A stretch of 64,000 nucleotides of DNA from a virus (lineage: Duplodnaviria > Caudoviricetes). The stretch covers positions 8,330-72,329 of IMG/VR virus record IMGVR_UViG_3300010234_000007. The stretch is one strand, 5' to 3'. A program made the position numbers and the translations under genes. The notes beneath the pieces were generated by a model. That model searched no databases, was not told the origin of the DNA, and saw only the letters and a list, made by a program, of their open reading frames with translations. Shown one piece after another: positions 55,276 to 63,866 of this stretch. Within the stretch, counting starts at the first letter, position 1, and each line of letters opens with the position of its first letter.

Positions 55276-55456
55276 CGGCATCCTCCTCACGCTGTTCAAG
55301 CTCTTCGATCCGCTCCAAAACAGCATATATCCCACGGATCACACCGCAACGGTGGCGGTATTCCTCGTAGTTCTCTGCCGCGCCGTCGGCCAAGGCGTCT
55401 GCTTGGTCATTCAGCTGATTGCGGATTTCCTTCTTTACTACCGCTAGTATTTCCAT
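55268..55456 (-). CDS. conserved small protein
   Basis: LADG.A.NYEEYR..CGVIRG. Confidence 0.7.
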   Translation of the reverse strand: MEILAVVKKEIRNQLNDQADALADGAAENYEEYRHRCGVIRGIYAVLERIEELEQREEDADG

Positions 55457-57878
55457 TTTTGCTCGCTTCTTTTGCCACTTCCATTTGTCCTTTGATGCGC
55501 ATGGCTTCTCGGACAATCTCGACACCTGCACGCGCGTCGTCTGCCGTTTCTTTGGCAGTCAGTTGGCGGGCAGACTCGTCTGCGCCCATCGCACTGTCGA
55601 ACAGTCGCTGGCCCATCTCCACTTGGAACTGAGCGTTGTCCTGCTGCAACCGTGCCATGGCCTCTTCATGGCGTGATTTTTCCTTCTCACGCCGAAGCTC
55701 TAAATCCTGCTCCTTGATGTCTAGCTCGCGCTCCTGAGCAATAACGACCGGGTCGCGCATCTTTTCGATGATTTCATCGACCTGAGCCTTCTGCTTGCTC
55801 TTCTTCAGCACGCGCCCTGCAGCCTCAGCCACCACATTGCTCAGCGCTTGTTCAGCTTCTGGCGGTAGCGGGCCCTCGACAGGCAACTCAACGCCCATCT
55901 CTTCTTCGATCTTCTTGCGGTATGCGAACGCCACATGCTCTGTGACGTGGGCCGTCATCGCGGCCTGTACGGCACCGGCCTGCTCCGACTTGGAGATGAT
56001 GGCCTGCATCATCGGGTCTTCAGCAGCTGCCATGTGAGCCGTGATATGAGCTTCGTGGTCCTGATGCATGTGCGCACGCACAGGCTCGCCCTTCAGGATC
56101 GCCATATTCTCCGTGACCGGGTCCAGCGCCGGGATGTCATCCGGGTCCGGGACCAGCACATCAACGTTCTTCAGCCCCAGAGTCGTCAGCATCGAGCGAT
56201 GTAGCTCGGGGATGTTGTAGATATCTCGCGCCTGCGCAGACAGGTCCAACGCGGCCTGATGCTGCATGATACGCTGCGACATAGACGCAGCAGACGGGTC
56301 CGACACGGGCAGGATGTCTACCGCGGCATAATCAAACTTGCGGGACGCCTGCTCTTCAGTTTCGTAGTCGTATTTGTCATCCATGTAATCCGTAATGATA
56401 CGGGTCAGGATTTTGAACTCGTTCTTCATCGCGGCGTGGAGGCGGGCCTGCACACCAGTGATCAGTTTCTGCGCGCGCTCCAGAATGGCCAGTGTCGTGC
56501 CCACCGGGGCCTGCGCGTTCATGTCCGAGGCCTTGATATCGGCCATAGAGGCAAAACGCCGCGCCTCTTCCACCGTCTCACCAAGCAAAGCTGCCAAAAC
56601 AGCCGAGGGCTCTTTATATGGGAGAGCGTGTAGATTGTCCTGAATCTTCGACCCAATCACATCCACATCACGCCACTCGCCCGGGCGGATAGGCTTGTCT
56701 TCGCCCTTGATCCTCAACCCGCGAGTCTTCAGACCACCCGGCAGGTTGGCGAACGTACCGGCGTCGATAAGCTGACGCTGCATGGAGGTGGCTGATTTAG
56801 CCAGTCCGCCGATTAGGTGGATCAAGCCAAGGCCATAAAATCCTGTACCGGGAATATATTGATAATGCGAGATATGGTCTTCAGCCTTGAAGTCCTCATC
56901 CTCTTCGTTCCAGTTACGATAGATGGAGAGGACTGCGCCGCTGTCTTTATCGATGGTGATGATATACGGCAGCTCAATGCCGGTGGGTCCGTCTTCGTCT
57001 TCATGCTCGAAGCCGGGTAGGTCCCACTCTACATACATCTCCAAGAGAGTGTGGCGGTCGTCGTGATCGTACTGAGGCGACACGCCTTCCAGCTCGTCTT
57101 TCTCTTCTTTCACCTCGTCGGAGGCATCAATACTCTGGTTGAGATCAATGTCTCTGTAAAACTCTGAATACTGACGCTTGCGGATGTCGTTCTCAGACAT
57201 ACGCATACGATGGGTGTAGCGCGGGGTTGTACGTAGGTCTGTTGCGCCATACGGTACAACAATGTCCTCCGGGGGGAGGAACATGGACACGGGACGCCCG
57301 ACGCGCTCATCGAAGTAATTCTTCTTGAAGGAAGAGCCTGCCAACGCAACCGAAAACAGGAGTTTCTCATGCTCTGAGCGATACTCTACCATCTTCTCAG
57401 TCAGCATGTAGTTCAGGTCTTCCTGCACACGCTGGGCCTGCTTTTCCTTCTCTTTGGTGATCTTCCCGACGATCTTTGTCTGGGCCGGGCCACTAGCCGG
57501 GAACGTTTCTGTGATCGCCTGCGCCTGAAAGCGAACCACTGCCTCCGCAAGCACGGGGTGGAACACACCACACGCACCCGGAAACGGCTCGTTCCGGTCT
57601 TCGATCTTCATCCCTAGCAGCTCGATACCGTCGCGGTATGTGCGTTCCCAGTCCTCACGAGAGCTGAGATCAGCCTCATACGCAGCGATGAGATCGTTCG
57701 CTAGGGCGTGCAACTCGCCGTCTTCCATCTCATTGGCTAGATTATCGTCGTGGCGTGCCTCTTCCTCGATAATCTCTTCCGTCTCTTGCCCGGGCAGCTC
57801 CACGATCAGCTCATCGTCCTCCGGCATATCTTCGACAGACGGAGCGTCTAGCTGTGGGAAGGCTTTATCAACGGGCAT
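55407..57878 (-). CDS. portal protein (P22-like)
   Basis: 823 aa after TerL; SREDWE..Y..G; HPVLAEAVVRFQAQA; GFYGLGLIH; PYKEPS. Confidence 0.9.
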   Translation of the reverse strand: MPVDKAFPQLDAPSVEDMPEDDELIVELPGQETEEIIEEEARHDDNLANEMEDGELHALANDLIAAYEADLSSREDWERTYRDGIELLGMKIEDRNEPFPGACGVFHPVLAEAVVRFQAQAITETFPASGPAQTKIVGKITKEKEKQAQRVQEDLNYMLTEKMVEYRSEHEKLLFSVALAGSSFKKNYFDERVGRPVSMFLPPEDIVVPYGATDLRTTPRYTHRMRMSENDIRKRQYSEFYRDIDLNQSIDASDEVKEEKDELEGVSPQYDHDDRHTLLEMYVEWDLPGFEHEDEDGPTGIELPYIITIDKDSGAVLSIYRNWNEEDEDFKAEDHISHYQYIPGTGFYGLGLIHLIGGLAKSATSMQRQLIDAGTFANLPGGLKTRGLRIKGEDKPIRPGEWRDVDVIGSKIQDNLHALPYKEPSAVLAALLGETVEEARRFASMADIKASDMNAQAPVGTTLAILERAQKLITGVQARLHAAMKNEFKILTRIITDYMDDKYDYETEEQASRKFDYAAVDILPVSDPSAASMSQRIMQHQAALDLSAQARDIYNIPELHRSMLTTLGLKNVDVLVPDPDDIPALDPVTENMAILKGEPVRAHMHQDHEAHITAHMAAAEDPMMQAIISKSEQAGAVQAAMTAHVTEHVAFAYRKKIEEEMGVELPVEGPLPPEAEQALSNVVAEAAGRVLKKSKQKAQVDEIIEKMRDPVVIAQERELDIKEQDLELRREKEKSRHEEAMARLQQDNAQFQVEMGQRLFDSAMGADESARQLTAKETADDARAGVEIVREAMRIKGQMEVAKEASKNGNTSGSKEGNPQSAE

Positions 57879-57885
57879 GGATACC

Positions 57886-59496
57886 TCAATAATACCGGGC
57901 GGGTGCGTCGTAATCGTCGTGCGACTCCCACTCGTCTGATGGCAGCGTTAAGAAGCCGCCTTGACGAAATCGCATCAATGCGATTGTGCTGGCATCGACC
58001 AAATCGTCGTGATCGCCCAGCGGGAACGCCGCGAACTGTTCCACCACCTCTTCCGCCTCCTTGGTGTCTGGTGCCCAGATCATCCCGGAAGAAAACATGT
58101 CTGTGATGGAGTTAACGCGTGCTAGTTTTGTGTTGGGGTTGTCTGATGTTCCACGCGACGGAGTGTATTCCTGTACCGGGATACCCATCGCGCGCAACTC
58201 ATGCGTCAGGGGTGTGCCGGAGGCCTTCTGCTCAACCACGAGGCAATCCGGCTGAAATTCGTCGTACAGTCGTCGCGCTGCGCGCTTGAGGTCTGGAAAC
58301 TCCATACGCTCTTGAAACGCATCCAGCAGGATCAGGTTGTTTGTGCCATCCAGATCAAAAACGCCCCACGTAGTGCAGGCGGAGAAATCAGCTCGGTTGT
58401 TTGCTTGGTAAGCAGTATCCCAGCTCTGGATAATGAAATCGCATGGCGGTGGACGGGATGTTTCCCATTTGTTCCACCAATCTCGCTTGACCAGCGCGCC
58501 CTCTTCTGACGTGGGGTCTTGCTGGTACTGGGCCTGCCACTTCGGGATTGGCAGCTCTGCACGCAGAGACTCTAGCTCAGCCATGGTCCAAAATTCAGGC
58601 CACAGCGGCGACTCACCACGTGTTTCATTCGCGGGCATGATCGCTGGGAAGTGGATGACCTCCCACTTGTCGATGCCCTTCTTCGTTTCTGTTGCGGCGA
58701 GAATCTTGCCAGTCAGATCGCGCTTACTCCAGCGTGTCTGCACCAGAATAATGGCACCCCCCGGCTGCAAACGCTGCCGTGGGCCAGATTGGTACCACTC
58801 GAAAACCTTCTCATGCGCTTCTGGGTTATACTCACCAGAGAGTGCCTGCTGTTCAGAGATCGGATCATCGATAATAAACAGGTCGGCACCCTTACCGGCC
58901 AAGTTAGCGCCTACACCAACCGCCCAGTACTCACCCCCTACGGAGGTGTTCCAGCGCCCCGCAGCCTTCGCATCTGCTGCCAGAGCGATGTTGGGGAAAA
59001 TCTCGCTGTATGTCTCGGTCGTGAGTAGATTCTTCACCTTACGACCGAAGTTGACGGCTAGCTCTGCGGTATGGGTGGCTTGAATGATCTTTTTACGTGG
59101 GAACCGCCCTATAAACCATGCCGGGAGCATGTAGCTGGCGTTCTCTGATTTACTGTGACGTGGCGGCATGTTAATGATCAGCCGCTTAAGCTCCCCGGAT
59201 GCCACGCGGTTGAACGCGTCGGCCATGATGTTGAGGTGGCTACCCCAAATCAGATCGGGCCACACGTGCCGTGCGAAGGAGCTGTAGTCCTTCTGACCGT
59301 TGGCCTGCCGGTCGATGCGCTCGATTTTTTCGAGCATCGCCAGCAGCTCTTTCTGCTGGTCAACCGGGAGGAGATGGATTTGATCTAAATACGTTTCTAG
59401 GTTCTGCATAGAACGTTCTGTCTCTCGTGAGGCACAAAAAAAGCCGGTCACGAAACCGGCCATTGGCGAGAGTGCTTTAGTGGCGGAAATAACCAC
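57886..59496 (-). CDS. terL: terminase large subunit
   Basis: INMPPRHSKS, LFIIDDP, QTRW, RNase H-like SWDTA and HDDLVDA; start is either GTG 59496 (SD AGGAGGT) or ATG 59409. Confidence 0.95.
   Translation of the reverse strand: MVISATKALSPMAGFVTGFFCASRETERSMQNLETYLDQIHLLPVDQQKELLAMLEKIERIDRQANGQKDYSSFARHVWPDLIWGSHLNIMADAFNRVASGELKRLIINMPPRHSKSENASYMLPAWFIGRFPRKKIIQATHTAELAVNFGRKVKNLLTTETYSEIFPNIALAADAKAAGRWNTSVGGEYWAVGVGANLAGKGADLFIIDDPISEQQALSGEYNPEAHEKVFEWYQSGPRQRLQPGGAIILVQTRWSKRDLTGKILAATETKKGIDKWEVIHFPAIMPANETRGESPLWPEFWTMAELESLRAELPIPKWQAQYQQDPTSEEGALVKRDWWNKWETSRPPPCDFIIQSWDTAYQANNRADFSACTTWGVFDLDGTNNLILLDAFQERMEFPDLKRAARRLYDEFQPDCLVVEQKASGTPLTHELRAMGIPVQEYTPSRGTSDNPNTKLARVNSITDMFSSGMIWAPDTKEAEEVVEQFAAFPLGDHDDLVDASTIALMRFRQGGFLTLPSDEWESHDDYDAPARYY
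59436..59460 (-). terminator. rho-independent terminator in the TerL 5' region
   Basis: GCCGGT-TTCGTG-ACCGGC-TTTTTTT. Confidence 0.75.
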
Positions 59497-59525
59497 TATA
59501 CCTCCTATAACATTATTGACCTGAG

Positions 59526-59699
59526 TTAGTCAAGCCTTTTCTTCCTTAACATATGTATGGGACTTTCAGTAGACAAGAAAGGCAAGCGCTCTAAACGCCC
59601 CACCTTTGTCAACCAAAACACGGCTTGGCGGTCGTGGCGAGGGTTCAAACTCCCCCACACAAACCCACCGTCTTTGCTTCTATTTAAAACGAGCCTCAT
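59526..59699 (-). CDS. G-x-L family small protein (57 aa)
   Basis: MRLVLNRSKD...AVFWLTKVGRLER...IHMLRKK; ATGA-coupled; read by hand. Confidence 0.6.
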   Translation of the reverse strand: MRLVLNRSKDGGFVWGSLNPRHDRQAVFWLTKVGRLERLPFLSTESPIHMLRKKRLD

Positions 59700-59902
59700 G
59701 TATCCCTATCTCGGCGCAAGAAGATCATATCATTTCTTAGCTCCACGAAGAACCCTGAGGAGCTTCGTTCGTGTAATTTACCGTTACGTAAAAGTACGAA
59801 TGGTGTGTGCTCCCAATACAGCCGAGACGGGTCTAATTTTTCGTTAACCGCCACGTTGGAGCCTGACGGAACGAGGCCAATGATGCTGACCAAACTGCTC
59901 AT
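59696..59902 (-). CDS. G-x-L family small protein (68 aa)
   Basis: MSSLVSII...PFVLLRNGKLHE...DMIFLRR; ATGA-coupled to the LexA-like gene. Confidence 0.6.
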   Translation of the reverse strand: MSSLVSIIGLVPSGSNVAVNEKLDPSRLYWEHTPFVLLRNGKLHERSSSGFFVELRNDMIFLRRDRDT

Positions 59903-60102
59903 ATGATCTGGATCGAACGGGCGCGGTAACGCTCTTTCTTGATCTTGCCCTTTGTCACCAGCTGCGCCACCACCGCGTGGGCTTGGGCGCGGGACTTGAT
60001 GCCAAGCCCGTCTGCGATATCTGCCAAAGAAGGCGGGTAGCTGTGATCTGCGAGGAACGTGCCGATGAAATCCAAGCACGCCTGTTGCCGGGTTGTAAGC
60101 AT
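59899..60102 (-). CDS. LexA-type DNA-binding domain protein without peptidase domain
   Basis: LTTRQQACLDFI.......YPPS..DIA..LG.KS.......V..L..KG.I.......RSI.I. Confidence 0.88.
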   Translation of the reverse strand: MLTTRQQACLDFIGTFLADHSYPPSLADIADGLGIKSRAQAHAVVAQLVTKGKIKKERYRARSIQII

Positions 60103-60123
60103 GTAGCGGTCTCCTTTTCTACG

Positions 60124-60152
60124 AGGCTAATACGGAGAGCGACAGATGTCAA
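60124..60152 (-). promoter_or_regulatory. sigma70-type promoter for the LexA-like operon
   Basis: TTGACA-17 bp-TAGCCT; AAGGAG SD downstream. Confidence 0.65.
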
Positions 60153-60502
60153 TCTTTCTCTCTCATCGCCTGCGCCATCGCGGCTAGTCTATCCCCCGCT
60201 TCCTTGGGACTCTCCTTAGGTGTTTCGGCGGGGGGTGCCGGTTTATCCTTCTTTCCGATGCGGTCCATCACAATCCGTTCAAAATCATCCTCAGAAGCCC
60301 CAGACATCCACAAGTCGATATCCGGGGCGACTAAAGCAGTCTTTTCAATTACCGACCGGTATTCCTTACTGGGGATGAACACGCGCCGCTTCCAGCCTCC
60401 CCAGAACCCGAGTTTCTTTTGGAAATTGATTGGGATGCGTATCTTAACCCCACCGTTGGTGGTACCGACGTACTCATATGCATACGCTGTTCTCCAAGAC
60501 AT
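60149..60502 (-). CDS. hypothetical protein
   Basis: AAGGAG SD. Confidence 0.7.
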   Translation of the reverse strand: MSWRTAYAYEYVGTTNGGVKIRIPINFQKKLGFWGGWKRRVFIPSKEYRSVIEKTALVAPDIDLWMSGASEDDFERIVMDRIGKKDKPAPPAETPKESPKEAGDRLAAMAQAMREKD

Positions 60503-60522
60503 GGGCTGCTCCTTTTTTTTAC

Positions 60523-60588
60523 AAGGTAGCGGGAAAGGCGGTGAATGTCAATTTTTTTATTGACAGATGTTACAGACATCCCCATACT
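60523..60588. promoter_or_regulatory. back-to-back sigma70 promoters
   Basis: Minus strand TTGACA-17-TACCTT (60551-60523); plus strand TTGACA-17-CATACT (60560-60588); GATGT-N5-ACATC palindrome in the plus-strand spacer. Confidence 0.75.
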
Positions 60589-60614
60589 ACCACCATCAAC
60601 AACGCGAGGTTCTT

Positions 60615-60869
60615 ATGTCTGAAAAGCGAGTAAATCTGGCCGTCTGGGGTGAGGGCAACTACGACAAGGATGCGATCATCATCAATGGCCGCGAAGATGG
60701 CGAAGGCAACATCATCATCTATGTCGTGAACCGTGACGGCATGCGGGACGGCGACGGGGCTGATATTTTCCGGCTCAACCGGGACAGCTCCGTGGACCGC
60801 TTCAAGACGCTGAACCCCAAATACGGGTTCGACCAAGAAGACAACGGCATGATCGTGCTCGACAACTAA
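60615..60869 (+). CDS. small beta-rich protein, possible distant G-x-L family member
   Basis: GAGGT SD; VNLAVW...DIFRLNRDSSVDRF. Confidence 0.7.
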   Translation: MSEKRVNLAVWGEGNYDKDAIIINGREDGEGNIIIYVVNRDGMRDGDGADIFRLNRDSSVDRFKTLNPKYGFDQEDNGMIVLDN

Positions 60870-60890
60870 GCGCGCGGTCAGAACTCAACG

Positions 60891-60918
60891 GGGAGGCCTT
60901 GCGCCTCCCTATTTTTTT
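60891..60918 (+). terminator. rho-independent terminator
   Basis: GGGAGGC-CTTGC-GCCTCCC-TATTTTTTT. Confidence 0.85.
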
Positions 60919-60933
60919 GCCTAAATTCTGAGC

Positions 60934-61155
60934 ATGAGCAGCTTAGATAAACAGATCGGTGGGCGGCATTACGCTGATCTACCCATCCAGCCCATGACAT
61001 ACATCGTGAAGAACGGCATCGGATACGCCGAGGGCTGTGTCATCAAATATGTCTCGCGCTGGCAGCACAAAGGCGGTGTGGAGGACCTGAAGAAGGCCCG
61101 GCACATCCTAGAGCTTCTTATCGAGCTTACAGAGGGTGGGGTGGGTGATCAATAG
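60934..61155 (+). CDS. DUF3310 family protein
   Basis: QIGGRHY..L.IQP..YI..N...Y.EG.VIKY..R...KGG.EDL.KA. Confidence 0.88.
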   Translation: MSSLDKQIGGRHYADLPIQPMTYIVKNGIGYAEGCVIKYVSRWQHKGGVEDLKKARHILELLIELTEGGVGDQ

Positions 61156-61308
61156 CGTGACGGTGCGTAAGTGCGACGGATAAAGTACGAGCTTGCCGTT
61201 TTCTTGCAAGGCGGCTTTAGCACGGATGCTACCTCCCCAATCCGATGTTACCATTATGGTATGTGCCAGCCCGGAAATCAGCTTAGGGACTAAACTTACC
61301 TCCTCCAT
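61108..61308 (-). CDS. G-x-L family small protein N
   Basis: AKAALQENGKLVL. Confidence 0.6.
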   Translation of the reverse strand: MEEVSLVPKLISGLAHTIMVTSDWGGSIRAKAALQENGKLVLYPSHLRTVTLLITHPTLCKLDKKL

Positions 61309-61466
61309 CGGTATTCCCCACGTGGTGCACGCCCAGTGAACACCATCAAATTTCCACGCTGCCCTAAGCGCAGGTGCGGGTGGCTGTCCACCCACACAGC
61401 GACGTAACTCCCTCCGGGACCACCCTTGTTGCCATGGGTTATGTAAGCGTAATTCAGCTTATTCAT
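61296..61466 (-). CDS. G-x-L family small protein M (56 aa)
   Basis: MNKLNYAYIT...HLRLGQRGNLMV...EYRWRR; GAGGAGG SD; not in track. Confidence 0.65.
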   Translation of the reverse strand: MNKLNYAYITHGNKGGPGGSYVAVWVDSHPHLRLGQRGNLMVFTGRAPRGEYRWRR

Positions 61467-61666
61467 GCGTCCTCCTCAGGGAATGGGGGGCCACACGTAA
61501 AGCGCCTCAGGAACTGTAAATCTTCCGGCGCTGTCTGTCCCCGGCGTGGTAAATTCAATCTAGCGTAGGACTCAAGATACGCGTATGCGTTATTGTTGAT
61601 CTCCACTCCGATCCACGGGTGTTCGTGCGCGTCGCCCGAAAAAATGTACAAAGTTACCTTACGCAT
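61463..61666 (-). CDS. G-x-L family small protein L
   Basis: MRKVTLYIF...AYLESYARLNL...EDLQFLRR. Confidence 0.7.
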   Translation of the reverse strand: MRKVTLYIFSGDAHEHPWIGVEINNNAYAYLESYARLNLPRRGQTAPEDLQFLRRFTCGPPFPEEDA

Positions 61667-61829
61667 CAGGACGTTTCCTTGTGAATTGCAAGTCCTCGCG
61701 GTCTGTATTGGTGTGGGTTGGGAGAAACAACCTACCATAGGACTCAAGATACACAACGGATTCGTCCATAGATTCCACGGCGATCCACTTGGGGTCAGAC
61801 TGAGATAGGTACAAGTTCACCTTACGCAT
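61659..61829 (-). CDS. G-x-L family small protein K (56 aa)
   Basis: MRKVNLYLS...VYLESYGRLFL...EDLQFTRK; not in track. Confidence 0.7.
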   Translation of the reverse strand: MRKVNLYLSQSDPKWIAVESMDESVVYLESYGRLFLPTHTNTDREDLQFTRKRPDA

Positions 61830-62001
61830 CACGATGCCTCGCGATTATCAAAGGGCGATCTATAGGCACGCGTGGGATAGCAGTAATCTGCAGCTTGCCT
61901 GTCGGGCGCAAAAACACGTTAGGGACATCATACGCGCAGATCAGCGTAAGCCCGGGACTCCATTGGGCGCGCTGCAGCTTCATTTCAATCTTCATGCTCA
62001 T
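61822..62001 (-). CDS. G-x-L family small protein J
   Basis: NVFLRPTGKLQI...LIIARH. Confidence 0.65.
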   Translation of the reverse strand: MSMKIEMKLQRAQWSPGLTLICAYDVPNVFLRPTGKLQITAIPRVPIDRPLIIARHRDA

Positions 62002-62162
62002 TTCACCCGCCTTAACCTGAGATCGCACGGATTTGCGGGGACGGCGTAGCGCCTCAAGCGGCCATCAGCTTTAATGTAAATAGTCACAACACCCTTGCGA
62101 TTGATGTACACATCGTCTGGCGGGGCTCTGCCTAGTATCGCATACTCGTAACTACTTGTCAT
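61998..62162 (-). CDS. G-x-L family small protein I (54 aa)
   Basis: MTSSYEYAIL...TIYIKADGRLRR...DLRLRR; not in track. Confidence 0.65.
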   Translation of the reverse strand: MTSSYEYAILGRAPPDDVYINRKGVVTIYIKADGRLRRYAVPANPCDLRLRRVK

Positions 62163-62328
62163 GGAGCCGCCTCACGAATTGGTACACCACTTCACCATCG
62201 CGAAAGGCGCTAAGCCACAGCGTGCCATGAGAGAACAGCATGACGGGCGGGTTCAACCGGCCCGGCGTCCGCAAGAGAACATTCCCACGTGCGTTGCGGT
62301 GTAGTTTTATGATTTCGGTCTTTAACAT
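62152..62328 (-). CDS. G-x-L family small protein H
   Basis: PVMLFSHGTLWL...YQFVRR. Confidence 0.65.
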   Translation of the reverse strand: MLKTEIIKLHRNARGNVLLRTPGRLNPPVMLFSHGTLWLSAFRDGEVVYQFVRRLHDK

Positions 62329-62356
62329 ACGTTCTATTATGGCAGAATATCCAACG

Positions 62357-62755
62357 TTACGCAAGCAGGACGAAATTACGCACCGGTATCAGGCACACCA
62401 CATCCTTGTCCAGCGGGTCCCCGCGATCACGACGGTGTAACACAGCCGTATCATACATCGTTTCCACCAACACTACCCCCAGCGCATCCTCCCATTGAAC
62501 TGCCAAAAAAGCCGCGGTGGGCTCATCCATCAAGGTGGCGATTTTGGCGCGATCCACCGCGAGGGTCGGGTACTTCTCACGCGCGTTATACCGCCGTTTC
62601 ACCTCAGCCACCGCGACACGCACACCCTCACGCCAGAACTCCACATCATATGGGGACTCAGTCGAGGTGATGCAGGCCTCAGCACCTATATGGACGCCGA
62701 GTCTTGAAGCTATACGCGCCTCGTTAAGACGGTCAGCGGCTGTTTCGTACAGCAT
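62357..62755 (-). CDS. PD-(D/E)XK nuclease-like protein inside the array
   Basis: YDVEF.....AVAEVKRR......YPT; RRDRGDP.D. Confidence 0.65.
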   Translation of the reverse strand: MLYETAADRLNEARIASRLGVHIGAEACITSTESPYDVEFWREGVRVAVAEVKRRYNAREKYPTLAVDRAKIATLMDEPTAAFLAVQWEDALGVVLVETMYDTAVLHRRDRGDPLDKDVVCLIPVRNFVLLA

Positions 62756-62918
62756 TGCGCTTTAGGCGTAGCGAGGAGGTGGTATGGAGATAGGGGCGGT
62801 ATACCCGCAGCGACCCGTTACTGCATACTATATATGCATACAGAGCATCGTCTGATATCAGACAGAGCGAGGCCCGCGTATCTGTTATATACAGCCTCAC
62901 GGTGATGTGTGTGCTCAT
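62733..62918 (-). CDS. G-x-L family small protein G
   Basis: YAYIVCSNGSLRV...SLRLKR. Confidence 0.65.
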   Translation of the reverse strand: MSTHITVRLYITDTRASLCLISDDALYAYIVCSNGSLRVYRPYLHTTSSLRLKRNAVRNSR

Positions 62919-63076
62919 TTTTGGTAACGCATTAGACGGATGGGCTCATTATATGTGTAGGTGAGAACGCGAAGCGCCCCTCGGTCTGTGAGATATGCAG
63001 TGGGGCGTATTGTCCCGTACCACGCCAGACCGACGTATTTCAGGATGGCAAGCCTGCATACATGGAATTTGTTCAT
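62915..63076 (-). CDS. G-x-L family small protein F (53 aa)
   Basis: MNKFHVCRL...TAYLTDRGALRV...IRLMRY; not in track. Confidence 0.65.
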   Translation of the reverse strand: MNKFHVCRLAILKYVGLAWYGTIRPTAYLTDRGALRVLTYTYNEPIRLMRYQK

Positions 63077-63147
63077 ACTCGTATCACGATATGTTTGCGC
63101 CCCATCTGAAAAGCAGAGATGCTGACATTGCGCAGTTGGGTGGTCAT
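63073..63147 (-). pseudogene. 24-aa ORF, possibly a truncated family member
   Basis: MTTQLRNVSISAFQMGRKHIVIRV; ATGA-coupled on both sides; has only the N-terminal beta strands. Confidence 0.35.
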
Positions 63148-63326
63148 GTCTGCGCTGGCTTATGGGTCATCCTCATAGGCGGGTCGTCGGGATGGCGTTG
63201 CGCTTTCCTGATGCCGCCTGAGGAATACAAATACACGAGCGGTATTTCGTTGGAGCCCTCCAAAGCGATGAAGGTGTAGTCCGGGCCGCTCACTAGACAC
63301 AGGTTAGTCATAAGATACTCAATCAT
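63144..63326 (-). CDS. G-x-L family small protein D
   Basis: NLCLV...LVYLYSSGGIR. Confidence 0.65.
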   Translation of the reverse strand: MIEYLMTNLCLVSGPDYTFIALEGSNEIPLVYLYSSGGIRKAQRHPDDPPMRMTHKPAQT

Positions 63327-63508
63327 AGCCGCTTCCAGCACGAAGTCACCGCAAGGCGGCGCTTTAGGTGCGTGGGGCCGGGCGGGAAGGGCACCGAGGT
63401 TCTCGTCAACCGCCCGGAGGGATGCAACATCGCGAGGATGTCGCCCTGCACGACAGACAACCCGATAATTCCAACGCTGCCGATGCGGAATATACGGAGG
63501 CCGGTCAT
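63323..63508 (-). CDS. G-x-L family small protein C
   Basis: LAMLHPSGRLTR...HLKRR. Confidence 0.65.
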   Translation of the reverse strand: MTGLRIFRIGSVGIIGLSVVQGDILAMLHPSGRLTRTSVPFPPGPTHLKRRLAVTSCWKRL

Positions 63509-63690
63509 CGTGGAAGGCCTGTGGGTAGTACTTGAATGGCGCGGGTGATGGTGAACTCGCTGTTAGGGGGAACCTCACCCAGCCTCAACGTCCCCACGGG
63601 GGTTAAAGCCGCGATGGCATACTCGCGCTCAATACGTAAACTCACTAGCTCACTGTCAATGATGTGGCAGAGGTTGAGCGCTGTAGTCAT
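63505..63690 (-). CDS. G-x-L family small protein B
   Basis: NLCHI...IAALTPVGTLRL...EFTITR. Confidence 0.7.
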   Translation of the reverse strand: MTTALNLCHIIDSELVSLRIEREYAIAALTPVGTLRLGEVPPNSEFTITRAIQVLPTGLPR

Positions 63691-63866
63691 CGTGGGGGGT
63701 GTACTTCAAAGGTGCGGCTGAACACAAACTCGGTGGAGGGTCTGGTAGCTCGCAATCTTAATTTACCGTTGGCGCGCAAGATCATCAGAGCTACCTTAAT
63801 GCCCGTGCGCACACTCACCGTCCCGCGGCGGGGGACATGGCACAGGTGGATATCCATGGGGTTCAT
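63687..63866 (-). CDS. G-x-L family small protein A
   Basis: AGGAG SD; HLCHV...LMILRANGKLRL...EFVFSR. Confidence 0.7.
   Translation of the reverse strand: MNPMDIHLCHVPRRGTVSVRTGIKVALMILRANGKLRLRATRPSTEFVFSRTFEVHPPR

Noticed and set aside
59497-60600. Small terminase gene or alphaproteobacterial SOS box (GTTC-N7-GTTC)
   Set aside because: No TerS-like ORF upstream of TerL and no SOS box seen at the promoters I inspected
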